NCBI GenBank assembly: GCA_047619205.1 | Contig: JBLHJR010000006.1 | Coordinates: forward strand, 77 to 64,076 | Length of the DNA stretch: 64,000 bases | Reading direction: 5' to 3' | Origin: Candidatus Endobugula sp. | GTDB taxonomy: Bacteria > Pseudomonadota > Gammaproteobacteria > Pseudomonadales > Cellvibrionaceae | Shown here: positions 29,087 to 40,000 of the stretch, piece by piece | Numbering within the stretch: the first letter of the stretch is position 1 | How the letters are laid out: the number at the start of each line of letters is the position of its first letter | Position numbers and translations under genes: made by a program | Notes under the pieces: model-generated | Told to the model about the DNA's origin: nothing | What the model saw: the letters and a program-made list of their open reading frames with translations, nothing else | Database searches by the model: none

Positions 29087-29731
29087 TTAGAGAGTCCCTA
29101 AAGCAATATCTTCCTCGTCTGCCTTATCCGCTAAGAAAGTATCGAGCACATTAACTAGCTCTTTTACTCCTTCATTTTTTAATGCGGAAAATAATTGTAT
29201 CGATACCAAGTCATCGACTTTGGCCTCTCGCAGATGCTTCTCTACCGCTAACAAGGTGTTTTTCGCCGCGCCTTTTTTGAGCTTATCGCTTTTGGTGAGC
29301 AAAATATGCACAGACATTTCCGCCTCTGCAGCCCAATTTAGCATCATCGTATCGAACTCTTGCAGGGGATGTCGAATATCCATCAATAAAATCAAGCCAC
29401 GCAAAGCATCACGGTTTTGCAAATATTCAGAGAGGTTCTTATCCCACTCTCGCTTCATAGCGATAGGGACCTTGGCATAACCATAACCCGGCAAATCAAC
29501 CAAGCAATGCCCGCTATCTACGCTAAAATAGTTAATAAGCTGCGTTCGCCCAGGAGTCTTACTGGTACGTGCTAGTTTTTTATTGTCCGTCAACGTATTG
29601 ATAGCACTAGACTTACCGGCATTCGAACGGCCAGCAAAAGCCACTTCAGCACTGACAGAGGTCGGACATTGGCTTAATTTGGCAGAGCTTTGTAAAAAAG
29701 TGGCGCTTTCATAGGGATTCTTACGTGACAT
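29087..29731 (-). CDS. yihA: Ribosome biogenesis GTPase YihA/EngB
   Basis: [28 protein letters not shown]. Confidence 0.97.
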   Translation of the reverse strand: MSRKNPYESATFLQSSAKLSQCPTSVSAEVAFAGRSNAGKSSAINTLTDNKKLARTSKTPGRTQLINYFSVDSGHCLVDLPGYGYAKVPIAMKREWDKNLSEYLQNRDALRGLILLMDIRHPLQEFDTMMLNWAAEAEMSVHILLTKSDKLKKGAAKNTLLAVEKHLREAKVDDLVSIQLFSALKNEGVKELVNVLDTFLADKADEEDIALGTL

Positions 29732-29786
29732 AAAACCTCAAAAATGGTGTGTTATAAAGGGTTAGTATATAATCTTGCCCATCAAG

Positions 29787-29959
29787 CTAGAAACGGCAGC
29801 TGAATCACGAAAGTCTGTACAAGTTATTGATGCACATAGGGAATTTTAGAGTTCACTCACGACCAGTAAGTTCGCTACGCGATTCTAACTTATGCAGCAA
29901 AGGAAAGCCCTATACACCAATAACTTGCACAACCTTTTCGCGCCAGCGGCAGTTTCTAG
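29787..29959 (-). mobile_element. MITE-like element, copy B (inverted relative to copy A)
   Basis: 173 bp; CTAG ends; 14/16 terminal IR ctagaaacggcagctg/cagcggcagtttctag. Confidence 0.85.
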
Positions 29960-30036
29960 ATTTAAGCTAGAAAAACAGACATTGTATCCTTCTGCTAGCA
30001 TTAAGCGAACAGAAACTGAAAAAGACGGACTGATTA

Positions 30037-30696
30037 ATGATAAATAAAAGTAAGCTCCTAAGCATCGCAGCAATTACCTTTTCCCTTTCAGGCCTTAGCC
30101 TTGCAAGCGGCAACGAGCATGCAGGAGACCCTGAAGCAGGCAAGACTCTATCTGCTAGCTGTGCTGGCTGTCATGGTAACGACGGCAATAGCCCCGCACC
30201 CTCTTTTCCAAAGATAGCGGGTCTAGGTGAAAACTATCTTTACAAACAATTGAAAGATATACAGTCAGGCAGTCGTGCTATTGTGCAAATGACCGGTCAG
30301 TTAGACGCTAAAAGCGATCAAGACTTACGCAATCTTGCCGCCTACTTTAATAGCCAAACCCTGCAACTAGCAGGCGCCAAGGAGATGAAAGTAAAAATGA
30401 ACTCAGGCCTCGATCAAGATGCACTTAAATTAGGTGCTAGAGTCTTTCGCGCCGGTAACCACGAAGTCGGCACGCCTTCCTGTATTGGTTGCCATTCACC
30501 GCGCGGTCTAGGTAATGACCCTGCAGGTTTCCCTCGCTTAAGCGGTCAGTACGCTGAGTATATTGCTCAACAACTGCGCGCCTTTCGTGCGGGTGAACGC
30601 ACCAACGATAACTCTGCAATCATGCGTTCGGTTGCTGAACACATGAGTGATGCAGAAATTGATGCTGTCGCCAACTTTATTAGCGGATTAAACTAA
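30037..30696 (+). CDS. Diheme cytochrome c4
   Basis: Signal peptide, two CxxCH motifs (CAGCH, CIGCH), PKIAG, PRLSGQ. Confidence 0.9.
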   Translation: MINKSKLLSIAAITFSLSGLSLASGNEHAGDPEAGKTLSASCAGCHGNDGNSPAPSFPKIAGLGENYLYKQLKDIQSGSRAIVQMTGQLDAKSDQDLRNLAAYFNSQTLQLAGAKEMKVKMNSGLDQDALKLGARVFRAGNHEVGTPSCIGCHSPRGLGNDPAGFPRLSGQYAEYIAQQLRAFRAGERTNDNSAIMRSVAEHMSDAEIDAVANFISGLN

Positions 30697-30701
30697 ATTA
30701 C

Positions 30702-30934
30702 TTACTTGCGACCTCTGGCTTACAAACGAGTTCAGGATCAAGGCATCTTTTTGAAGGCATGCTGGACGCACGTCGAAAAAGGATAACGCAGAGCCTGGAC
30801 TCGTTTGTAAGCCCCGAAGGGCGAGACCTGAAGCATACATCTGCCGCGTTGCAAACCTTGCAAAGACAAACAGCCTTCCCTACGGATTGCGCCTTGCATC
30901 TACATCCTTCAGATCACGCAGAGGCCGCAAGCAA
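30702..30934. repeat. Composite palindromic intergenic repeat (two opposed hairpin modules in an outer IR)
   Basis: Outer IR 30702-30717/30919-30934 (14/16); module 1 IR 30717-30736/30794-30813 (19/20); module 2 IR 30828-30844/30896-30912 (12/17). Confidence 0.9.
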
Positions 30935-31103
30935 GCAAAAGAGCTGCCCTGCTTAAGGCTTTGTTCAGCTTTAATCGATTATAAAGAAGGCAGCCATATT
31001 GGCAGCTAAGCTGTTTTGCAAATGCAAGGAACTTACTGACTATAAACGGTCAAACTTACTTACACTCAATAACCACACATCACAGCCCCTTAGGAGAACA
31101 CCC

Positions 31104-31784
31104 ATGCGCGCGATTCCCGCTTTTGGATTTGCCATACTATGTGCCTTACTCGCAGCAGTCGCGATAATATCGGCGACAGTAACCGCCCCCGCACAAGCCC
31201 AACCGCTAGTCGCCAGTCAATATATTGAAGGCAAACACTACCAGCGCATCTCTAATCCGGTAAAAACCCGCAGCGTAGATAAAATAGAAGTCACCGAAAT
31301 ATTCTGGTATGGCTGCGGCCACTGCAATCAATTCCGTCCTGTATTTGACGCATGGAAAAATCAACAAGCCGATGATGTCTCCGTGGGTCATTCTCCCGCC
31401 ATGTGGAACAAACCGATGATTGTTCACGCACACATGTTTTACACAGCAAAAGCATTTCGCGTACAGGAAAAAATGCATAAAGAGATTTTTGATGCCATGC
31501 ATATCGGCAAGAAAAAACTCGTGAGCAAAAAACAAATATTTAGCCTATTTGAAAAGCATGGCGTTAACCAAGAAGATTTTGATAAAACCTTCGACTCTTT
31601 CGGGGTAAAATCCCAAGTACAGCAAGCTGGCGCTCGTGCGCGGGGCTATGGCATTACTGGCACACCAGAATTGGTCGTCAACGGTAAATACCGTATTTCT
31701 GGTCGTATGGTAGGCACTCAAGCAGAGGTGCTCAAAGTGGCTAGCTTTTTAATCGCAAAAGAGCGCGCGGCTACAAAAGGCTAA
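31104..31784 (+). CDS. dsbA: Thiol:disulfide oxidoreductase DsbA
   Basis: EIFWYGCGHC, GITGTPELVVNGKY; start moved to ATG 31104 after AGGAG. Confidence 0.92.
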   Translation: MRAIPAFGFAILCALLAAVAIISATVTAPAQAQPLVASQYIEGKHYQRISNPVKTRSVDKIEVTEIFWYGCGHCNQFRPVFDAWKNQQADDVSVGHSPAMWNKPMIVHAHMFYTAKAFRVQEKMHKEIFDAMHIGKKKLVSKKQIFSLFEKHGVNQEDFDKTFDSFGVKSQVQQAGARARGYGITGTPELVVNGKYRISGRMVGTQAEVLKVASFLIAKERAATKG

Positions 31785-31791
31785 ATCACTC

Positions 31792-31815
31792 TACGCCAGA
31801 GGCATCTCTGGCGTA
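31792..31815 (+). terminator. 10-bp perfect stem-loop after dsbA (no clear U-tract)
   Basis: tacgccagag-gcat-ctctggcgta. Confidence 0.45.
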
Positions 31816-31881
31816 TCCCTCTTGCCAATATGCGTCTATACTGGGGGAATAATTTAATCATAAAAATGATGGGTAAGCGAC

Positions 31882-33648
31882 GTGGCTCAAGAAGATAATC
31901 GCTGGCGCGGCAAATATCGTCAGGCACTCGACCAACAAGAACAGTTGGAAAAGACGTTAACGGCCCAGCAATTACTGCTTCAGCGCGCGGTGCAAACACT
32001 CAGCAATGCTGCTGAAGGGCACGATAGCGAAGTAGATAAACGCTTATCCGCTATTCGTACCAGCATGAAAAGTAACGATGTCGCCGGCTTTGGCCGAATG
32101 ATCAATTCGTTAGAGCGCGTTACCGTCGAAGCCGAAAAAAAACGCGAGAAACAATGGCTTGGGGTGCACAAAAACTTCAGTTCAATTGCGCAACAATTAC
32201 AACAGCTTAGCCCATCATCAAGTATTAAGCCTGCAATCAAGCACTACAAAAAATGTATCCCCAAGGGCCAACTACTCCCCGTCACACTGAAACGTCTACT
32301 TGAAGAGTTTGGCAATCTCCAAACTCAAGCAATAGCAGGGCAAGATACAACCAAAAGTACCGGTCTAATGGATCGTTTATTCAGCGCCAAAAAAAATCTA
32401 CCTGTAGAACGAGAACCGTTAGCAACAGAAAATGATACTGAATGGGAAGAAATGGATGAAGATGATTCCACTGCTTCAAACCCCGAGCTAGAAGGTGAGT
32501 TACTCAACACTACAGAAGAAAAAATTCCTCAACATCGTCAGCGCGCCATTCCAGAAGCCGTTCACGAACGCCCCACTCACGAGCCCGCATTCTCGCGTAT
32601 CTCTGCACGCATCACCATTATACTCACCGAGCTATTAGACTATTTTCCTATTGTCCCGTGCGTAGAACAAAAAGCGGTTAAAGCTCGCGAGCGTATCGAC
32701 AGGGGATTGAACTGGTACGAACTAGCGCCAACCCTAGAAGATATTCGAGATTTTGTTATTCAATCCTATATGGGCGCAGACGACAACTACCGCTTATACC
32801 TCAACAATGTTTATGCAGAATTAAGCCATATTACCGATGCATTAGGTGTTGCCATTCAGTCGGAAGAGCAGCAGCGACTAAATACGAATCAACTACAGAG
32901 CAATGTGGGTGATGGCATGGCAACGATTACACAGGCGCTTTCTGATCATCAAGATATCGACACCCTAAAAAGCGCCGTACAAGCACAAGTGCTATCCATT
33001 CAAGGGGCGCTGAATAGTTCTAAAGAGCAACACCAAGCTAGCGAAGAAGATTCTCTATCCTCTCAGCTCAGTGCGCTGGTTCAACGCGTGCAGAAGATGG
33101 AAGAACAAGACTCCGAGATTCGTGAAAAACTCGAACAAGAAAAAATACGCGCGATTACCGACAGTCTCACTGGACTGCCTAATCGCGAAGCGTATAACGG
33201 TAAAATCCATGAAGAAATGCTGCGCTGGCAACGCTACCAGCACCCCCTCTGCATTGCCGTACTCGATATTGATTTCTTTAAGAAGGTAAACGATATCTAT
33301 GGCCATCAGACAGGGGATAAGGTACTAAAGGCCGTGGCCACTTCCGTTGCCCAGCGCTTACGTGAAGTTGATTTTATTGCGCGCTTTGGCGGCGAAGAAT
33401 TTGTTATTTTATTGCCCGAAACTTCCGCAGAAAATGCCCTAAGTATGCTCAACCGTACCCGTGAACGCTTAGCCAAAACGCATTTACGCAGCAAACAAGG
33501 GGGTGAAGAAACGAAATTTACCGTTACCGTTTCTATTGGTATCGCCGAATTTAAAGATGGCGATACTGCCGAAAATGCATTTGAACGCGCCGACAAAGCC
33601 CTTTATGACGCCAAGGAAAATGGGCGCAATCAATGTCTAGTGGGATAA
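31882..33648 (+). CDS. Diguanylate cyclase, DgcP-like
   Basis: N-terminal WRGKY...coiled coils, DSLTGLPNR, RxxD I-site (REVD), GGEEF; downstream of dsbA as for Pseudomonas dgcP. Confidence 0.88.
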   Translation: MAQEDNRWRGKYRQALDQQEQLEKTLTAQQLLLQRAVQTLSNAAEGHDSEVDKRLSAIRTSMKSNDVAGFGRMINSLERVTVEAEKKREKQWLGVHKNFSSIAQQLQQLSPSSSIKPAIKHYKKCIPKGQLLPVTLKRLLEEFGNLQTQAIAGQDTTKSTGLMDRLFSAKKNLPVEREPLATENDTEWEEMDEDDSTASNPELEGELLNTTEEKIPQHRQRAIPEAVHERPTHEPAFSRISARITIILTELLDYFPIVPCVEQKAVKARERIDRGLNWYELAPTLEDIRDFVIQSYMGADDNYRLYLNNVYAELSHITDALGVAIQSEEQQRLNTNQLQSNVGDGMATITQALSDHQDIDTLKSAVQAQVLSIQGALNSSKEQHQASEEDSLSSQLSALVQRVQKMEEQDSEIREKLEQEKIRAITDSLTGLPNREAYNGKIHEEMLRWQRYQHPLCIAVLDIDFFKKVNDIYGHQTGDKVLKAVATSVAQRLREVDFIARFGGEEFVILLPETSAENALSMLNRTRERLAKTHLRSKQGGEETKFTVTVSIGIAEFKDGDTAENAFERADKALYDAKENGRNQCLVG

Positions 33649-33674
33649 AAAAACGGGATAGCGAGTGCTAGACG

Positions 33675-33733
33675 CAGACTAATATTCTTATACCTCGCAT
33701 AACTTCATCTAGCTTGCGAAAAATATTAGCCTG
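33675..33733. terminator. Imperfect hairpin between convergent genes
   Basis: cagactaatatt/aatattagcctg (11/12) with inner tcgca/tgcga. Confidence 0.45.
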
Positions 33734-33744
33734 TCCGCAACGAC

Positions 33745-34911
33745 TTATTTAAAATAACTAATCATCACACCAGCGGCAATCGCGGAGCCAATAACACCGG
33801 CTACATTTGGACCCATAGCATGCATCAATAAAAAGTTTTGGTTGTTCGACTCTAACCCTAACTTATTCGATACCCTTGCCGCCATTGGCACCGCCGATAC
33901 TCCCGCAGAACCGATCAGAGGGTTAATTTTAACTTTCAAAAATAGATTCATAAATTTCGCCGCTAATACCCCCGCTGCAGTACCAATACAGAAGGCCACT
34001 AAACCTAACACCAGAATACCTAAAGTTTCTGTATTAAGAAAACTCTCCGCACTTAATTTTGAGCCTACACCCAAACCTAAAAATATTGTCACTATATTAA
34101 TTAATGAATTTTGCACAGTATCGCTTAAACGATCAACTACTCCACACTCTTTCATCAAATTACCGAAACAAAACATTCCCAATAGCGGTGCAGCACTCGG
34201 TAGAAACAGCGCTACCAATAATAGTACCGCCAATGGAAAACAAATTTTTTCCACTTGAGAAACCGGTCGTAATTGCGTCATCACAATTCTTCGTTCGGCT
34301 TGCGTTGTTAGCGCACGCATAATTGGCGGCTGAATTAACGGTACTAGTGCCATATAAGAATATGCTGCTACCGCAATGGCTCCCAATAATTCAGGGGCTA
34401 ATTTACTCGCAACAAATATGGAAGTGGGACCATCCGCACCACCAATAATACCAATAGCTGCGGCTTGCAATAAGGTGAAATCAACCAGACCTGTTGCGGT
34501 CAAACCAACAGCACCAATAACCGTAGCAAAAATACCAAACTGTGCAGCCGCACCCAAAAATAGAGTTTTAGGATTAGCCAGCAGAGGACCAAAATCCGTC
34601 ATCGCACCCACACCCATAAAAATCATTAGCGGGAAAATTCCCGTCTCAATGCCAATATGGAAGATGTAATACAATAATCCACCCGCACTACTTAAATGAC
34701 CATCAACATCATAAATGGGCGCGTCAGACATACCGGCACCGGGGATATTAGCCAGCACGGTACCCATACCAATAGTCACTAATAATAATGGTTCAAATTT
34801 TTTGGCAATCGCTAAATACAGTAATAACAAACCTATCGGCATCATTATTGCTTGCCCAAGACTCATATTGGCCAATCCTGAATCCAATATTAACGCGTAT
34901 AATTTTTCCAT
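33745..34911 (-). CDS. oadB: Na+-translocating decarboxylase beta subunit
   Basis: [46 protein letters not shown] all intact. Confidence 0.95.
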   Translation of the reverse strand: MEKLYALILDSGLANMSLGQAIMMPIGLLLLYLAIAKKFEPLLLVTIGMGTVLANIPGAGMSDAPIYDVDGHLSSAGGLLYYIFHIGIETGIFPLMIFMGVGAMTDFGPLLANPKTLFLGAAAQFGIFATVIGAVGLTATGLVDFTLLQAAAIGIIGGADGPTSIFVASKLAPELLGAIAVAAYSYMALVPLIQPPIMRALTTQAERRIVMTQLRPVSQVEKICFPLAVLLLVALFLPSAAPLLGMFCFGNLMKECGVVDRLSDTVQNSLINIVTIFLGLGVGSKLSAESFLNTETLGILVLGLVAFCIGTAAGVLAAKFMNLFLKVKINPLIGSAGVSAVPMAARVSNKLGLESNNQNFLLMHAMGPNVAGVIGSAIAAGVMISYFK

Positions 34912-34923
34912 GGAATCAAGCTC

Positions 34924-36720
34924 TTAAATAGTTATTAGGGTATCGCCAACAGAGACAGAATCGCCTTCTTTCACATGAATATTAGCAATCGTCGCCGCAG
35001 TAGCAGCCTTCACTTCTGTCTCCATCTTCATGGCTTCTAATATTAATAAGGTATCACCCTCAACCACTGACTGACCTGGGGCAACACAGACTTTTACAAT
35101 ATTACCTGCTAGTGGTGCGGCAATCGCTTCACCAGAGCTAAGCGCACTACTTCTACTACTAACCGATGAATCTGTATTGGCTTCATCACCTACTTCTACC
35201 TTCACCGTATATTCATGGCCGTTGATATCAATAGAGACTGAACCATCATCATCAACATTAACAATATAATTTTTACCGTTTAGCTTCATGCTGTAAATAT
35301 TTGATGCTTCATCATCCACAGCTATTGCTTGTGGTACAGGCTCAAAGGCTTCCGCATTATCACGATGCTCAAGGAAGTTCAGACCGGAGCGTGGAAATAA
35401 CCCCAAAATTAAAGCATCTTCAATGGCATTATCCGCAAGCACAAAGCCCTTGTCTTTAGCGTGAACGGCTAAGTCTTTAGTTAAGGATTCTATTTCTGGC
35501 TCTAACAAACTAGCTGGACGACTCTCCATCGCTGTATCACCGTTCAGTACTCTTGACTCAAGCTGCTTATCATAACTACGCGGTGCCATACCGTATTCAC
35601 CTTTCAGCAAACTTTGTGTAGCCTTTGAAATCGACTTATATCGCTTGCCCGCCAGTACATTCTGTACCGATTGGCTAACCACTAGGTCAACATTCGAGGC
35701 AATTAAAGGGATCGAACCTAAATCTTCCTGCGTTTGCAGTACCTCGCTGATCACATCATTCAACTGATCAGCAGCGCCCTGCTCCTTAAGTTGCGCCATA
35801 ATACTGCTTAGCACATCACTGGGTAAACGAGTGCGTAAAATACGTGGGTCGACGTTACGGGAAGGCACTTCAAAAGCTGAATATTTTTTGCGCAGATGAG
35901 AAAAATCATCGGCAATGTTTTCCAGTAACGACAAGTCTAATACTGAAGTCTGCGTACTTCCCTCTAACGCACTCACGATAGATTCCGTTGGTGAAAAACT
36001 ATGGCTCAATGACATTGAAGAAATTGCAGTGTCCACATGATCGACGCCGGCCTCAATGGCTTTTAGTAATGTCATAGACGACAAACCTGCCGCTGCATTC
36101 ATATGCAATGCAATAGGGATACTTAAGGATGCTTTAAGTGCAGTTACCAACTCAAATGCTTTATAAGGGTTTAACGCGCCCGAACTATCATTAATTACCA
36201 GTGAATCTGCACCTAGATCTTCAACTTTTTTTGCTAAATCAACGAAATCGACTTGCTCCGCTGCCGAGCTAGCACTATAAATAATCGACCCCTGAGCATG
36301 AACACCTTGTTTTTTTGCGGCTGATACTGCCGTACGTAAATTACGACTATCATTCATCGCATCAAAAATACGCAAGACGTCAATACCGTTCGCAACCGCA
36401 CACTCAACAAAACTCTCGACCATATCATCCGCATAATGACGTGAACCCATTAGACTCTGGCCATGCAATGACATTTGCTGTTTAGTCTTTGGCATAGCCT
36501 TTTTAAGTTCACGCAATCGATCCCAAGGGCTCTCACCTAGATATCGAATACAGGATTCAAAGACTGCCTGGTCACAAGACTCTACCGACCAATAACCTAC
36601 CTGGTCGAGTTTTTTTGCCAGTGGAAGAATATCATCTAGGCGTAAGCGAGCGGCCAATAGTGAATGATTGGCGCCACCTAAGGCAAGCTCTGTAATGTTA
36701 ATAGGTTTTTTATTTATCAT
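34924..36720 (-). CDS. oadA: Oxaloacetate decarboxylase alpha subunit homolog with degenerate carboxyltransferase active site and intact biotinyl domain
   Basis: Scaffold motifs RLRLDD, LKKAMPKT, RHYADD, FDAMND, VDTAISSMS, LKGEYG and EAMKM retained; catalytic motifs altered (see findings). Confidence 0.9.
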   Translation of the reverse strand: MINKKPINITELALGGANHSLLAARLRLDDILPLAKKLDQVGYWSVESCDQAVFESCIRYLGESPWDRLRELKKAMPKTKQQMSLHGQSLMGSRHYADDMVESFVECAVANGIDVLRIFDAMNDSRNLRTAVSAAKKQGVHAQGSIIYSASSAAEQVDFVDLAKKVEDLGADSLVINDSSGALNPYKAFELVTALKASLSIPIALHMNAAAGLSSMTLLKAIEAGVDHVDTAISSMSLSHSFSPTESIVSALEGSTQTSVLDLSLLENIADDFSHLRKKYSAFEVPSRNVDPRILRTRLPSDVLSSIMAQLKEQGAADQLNDVISEVLQTQEDLGSIPLIASNVDLVVSQSVQNVLAGKRYKSISKATQSLLKGEYGMAPRSYDKQLESRVLNGDTAMESRPASLLEPEIESLTKDLAVHAKDKGFVLADNAIEDALILGLFPRSGLNFLEHRDNAEAFEPVPQAIAVDDEASNIYSMKLNGKNYIVNVDDDGSVSIDINGHEYTVKVEVGDEANTDSSVSSRSSALSSGEAIAAPLAGNIVKVCVAPGQSVVEGDTLLILEAMKMETEVKAATAATIANIHVKEGDSVSVGDTLITI

Positions 36721-36745
36721 TGGTAGACAAGCTCATTTAATCTGT

Positions 36746-36961
36746 TTATAAAGTTTTCGATTTTGTATGTCGCATAAAAGCGACGGCAGCGACGGCAGCA
36801 ATATCGGCATCTAATGTATTCATTAGCGGTGCAGGCACTGGCGATAATTTTCTCACCACAAATGACATTAACATGGTCGAAAACACCAGCAGCACCAAAA
36901 ATACAAATACACTGCCCATGCCCATTAGCATTAGCTGAAGGCTAGATTCAAAAAGACTCAT
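36746..36961 (-). CDS. oadG: OadG family gamma subunit
   Basis: Small, single TM (LMLMGMGSVFVFLVLL), upstream of oadA; ATG 36961 after GGAG. Confidence 0.85.
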   Translation of the reverse strand: MSLFESSLQLMLMGMGSVFVFLVLLVFSTMLMSFVVRKLSPVPAPLMNTLDADIAAVAAVAFMRHTKSKTL

Positions 36962-37043
36962 AAGTGTTAACTCCACCGTTTTATTTTGAGTGATTAAAAC
37001 AATAATTGATAGAAATACTGCGTCAGAAAAAACGCGCCCAAGA

Positions 37044-40000
37044 TTAAAGTTTTACCAAGTGAACCAACTTAGAGACCAAAACAGCCACCATTGAAAAATT
37101 ATAGGCAGGCTTTGACTTAGCCAACCACACTAAATCTAAATAACTTTTCAAAGAAGGAAATATTTTATCTGTTTGGTTATTTTCATGGGGTGACGACAAT
37201 AAGTGCCTCAAGGCTTTGACATGATGACTTTCTATTTTTGACACTAAAAATTTCTTATTTTTTCTTTTCCAGCTATCGTCTACCGCGATTTTTTCCATAA
37301 GTTCGTACAACCAAAATATATCTAGCTCTTCACCAATACGGAAAAAGTTATGTAAAACCGTATCACAATCTATAGAAAACTCTTCCGCTATTTTAGCTAA
37401 AGGCAAGACATAATAAGAATAATTTAAAGAATATACTGCTTTAGCAAGATCGAGGCCGACGCCTTTGTTGACCTCTAAACCTACAAGATTATTAAAGCTT
37501 TCTAGATCTTGCGGCGGCATATAAGCCTGTATATTTTCATCTAAGGCAAGCAATATCGACTGATAAGTTTGCACTAAATGATTCACATCTCCCTCTATAC
37601 CCTCTTGTATCAGCCACGTCATAGCTTTATCTAATGGGTAATGAATAGCTAACTGCAGATCCAGTAATACACTACTATCAACAACATACATCAATTGATC
37701 TATTGCATCATATAAATGATTCACACCGAAAATTTCTACAGCAACTATATGTGCTTTTACGAGTGGTGTAATACTGGCTGTATCCTCTTCCAGAACATAG
37801 TTACAGAAAGTAGCGCCCATGCGATTAGCAATATCATTGGTGAGGTAGCTCGCCAATATTTCTTTGCGTAGCGGATGGCTTTTAATATAGCTAGGGTAAG
37901 TTTCCACCAGTTTTTTAGGAAAATAATTAAGCAATAAGGTTTGAAAAAACTCATCTTCAATGAGATCAGAATCAACCAGTGTGTTAAACAATCGACTTTT
38001 ACTATAAGCTAACAACGTTGCCAGCTCTGGCCGTGTAAAACTTTTCTGTGCAGCGATTCTACTTTCTATGTTTTCAGGGGAAGGTATGCAAGCCAGTTCA
38101 CGATCAAGTACATTGTCTCGCTCTAACAAATTAATTAACTGGACAAAACTATCAAAGAAAAAAGGTGAGGTGTAATTTGATTGGCTCAGCATTTTACTCT
38201 GTCTAAAGTTATTATTTAACACCAAATCGGAAACAGAAGAAGACATGCTGGCAAGAAATTCATTGCGCTGCTCATGAGTCATCAAACCATCTTTTATTAC
38301 TTCCTGTAATAAAATCTTAATATTCACTTCATGGTCAGAACAATCAACCCCTGCCGAATTATCGACCGCGTCCATATGAATCAAACCACCACTCAAGGCA
38401 AATTCAACTCTAGCTTTTTGGCTCAAGCCTAAATTTCCGCCTTCAGCAACTACGCTCGCATGTAACTCCGTCGCATTAATACGCACTCGATCGTTAGCTT
38501 TGTCACTAACATCAATATCCGTTTCATCAGACGCTTTCACGTAAGTGCCAATACCCCCATTCCACAACATGTCCACATTAGCGCACAAAATAGCTTTGAT
38601 GAGAGCGTCAGGCGTCATACTTAAATCATCAGTCGAAATATTCAGGCATCGAGCAGCCTCCACAGAAATGACAATATATTTTTTAGTCCGGTCAAAAATC
38701 GCGCCGCCCTCTGACAATAGAGTACTGTTGTAATCTCCCCAAGAAGAATAAGACAGCTCAAATAAACGCTTTCTTTCACCGTAACTTCGCTTAGCATTAG
38801 GGGTAGGGTCAATAAAAATATGTTTATGATTAAAAGCCGCCACTAGCTTAATATTTTTTGACAACAACATTCCGTTACCAAAAACATCACCAGACATATC
38901 ACCAATACCGACAACCGAAATGGCATCGTTATCAATATTTTTTCCGCTTTCTGAAAATAAGCGTTTTGCCGACTGCCATGTGCCCTTTGCCGTAATACCC
39001 ATTTTTTTATGGTCATAACCATACTGGCCACCAGAAGCAAAGGCATCACCTAACCAATACTTATATTCAGCTGCGATGGTATTAGCGAAGTCAGAAAATG
39101 TTGCAGTACCTTTATCGGCAGCCACAACCAAATACGGGTCTTCATCATCATGCCTAACCACCTGTGCTGGCGGTATTGTTTTACCGTCAATACGATTGTC
39201 GGTAAGATCGAGTAAGGCACGAATAAAAATTTCATATCCTGCTTTAATATATGCCGGGTATGAACGCTTGGAGGCATCAATATTATCGACTTTACAAATA
39301 AAGCCACCCTTAGCGCCGACAGGAACAATGACAGAATTTTTCACCATCTGAGCCTTCACCAAACCGAGCACTTCGGTGCGATAATCTTCTGCTCTATCAG
39401 AAAAACGGATACCACCGCGCGCGACTTTACCTCCACGCAAATGCACACCTTCTACATATTGGTTATAGATAAAAATCTCATAAGCGGGAACAGGCTTAGG
39501 AATACCGTCGATATGACGAGGTTCTATTTTAAAACTCAGCGCACTACCGCCATCATCAACATAACTAGGCTTGTAAAAGTTAGTTCTAGTAATAGCTTTC
39601 AACACGGAAAAATACCGCCGACATATTAAGTCATCATCTCTGCCATGAATCAAATCGATACAAGTAGATATTTTTTCTGCCACTTCACTTAAATCGGTTT
39701 TCTCATCGTCAACAGAAGGGGAAAACTTCAATGTAAAGTATTCAATTAATAGCTCGGCGACTTCTTTATGCTTAATTAAGCTCTTAAAAAGAGTATCCAC
39801 ACTAAAGTTAATTTTTATTTGCTGAAGATACTTAGTCAGCGCTCTTAACACTGGCAAGTAATGAATAGAAACATCAGAAAAAAGTGCTAACTTATTTAAC
39901 ACATCATTCTCCGCATGTCCGGAGAACAATTCCGCCAAAAAATCTTCCAGCTCCTTATTTAAGCCATTATTTTCTTGTGGTATTTTTGGCGAATCTTGAA

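Larger units (their letters stand above)
28715..29102. repeat. Degenerate outer repeat element hosting MITE copy A
   Basis: Weak terminal complementarity (ttaagagcgact...agcattt versus aaaagtgct...agagtcccta) and a core agacacc...gacgcag resembling CAAGGC...AACGC modules elsewhere in the window. Confidence 0.35.

Noticed and set aside
30759-30956. 65-aa ORF between cytochrome c4 and dsbA
   Set aside because: Lies almost entirely within the composite palindromic repeat
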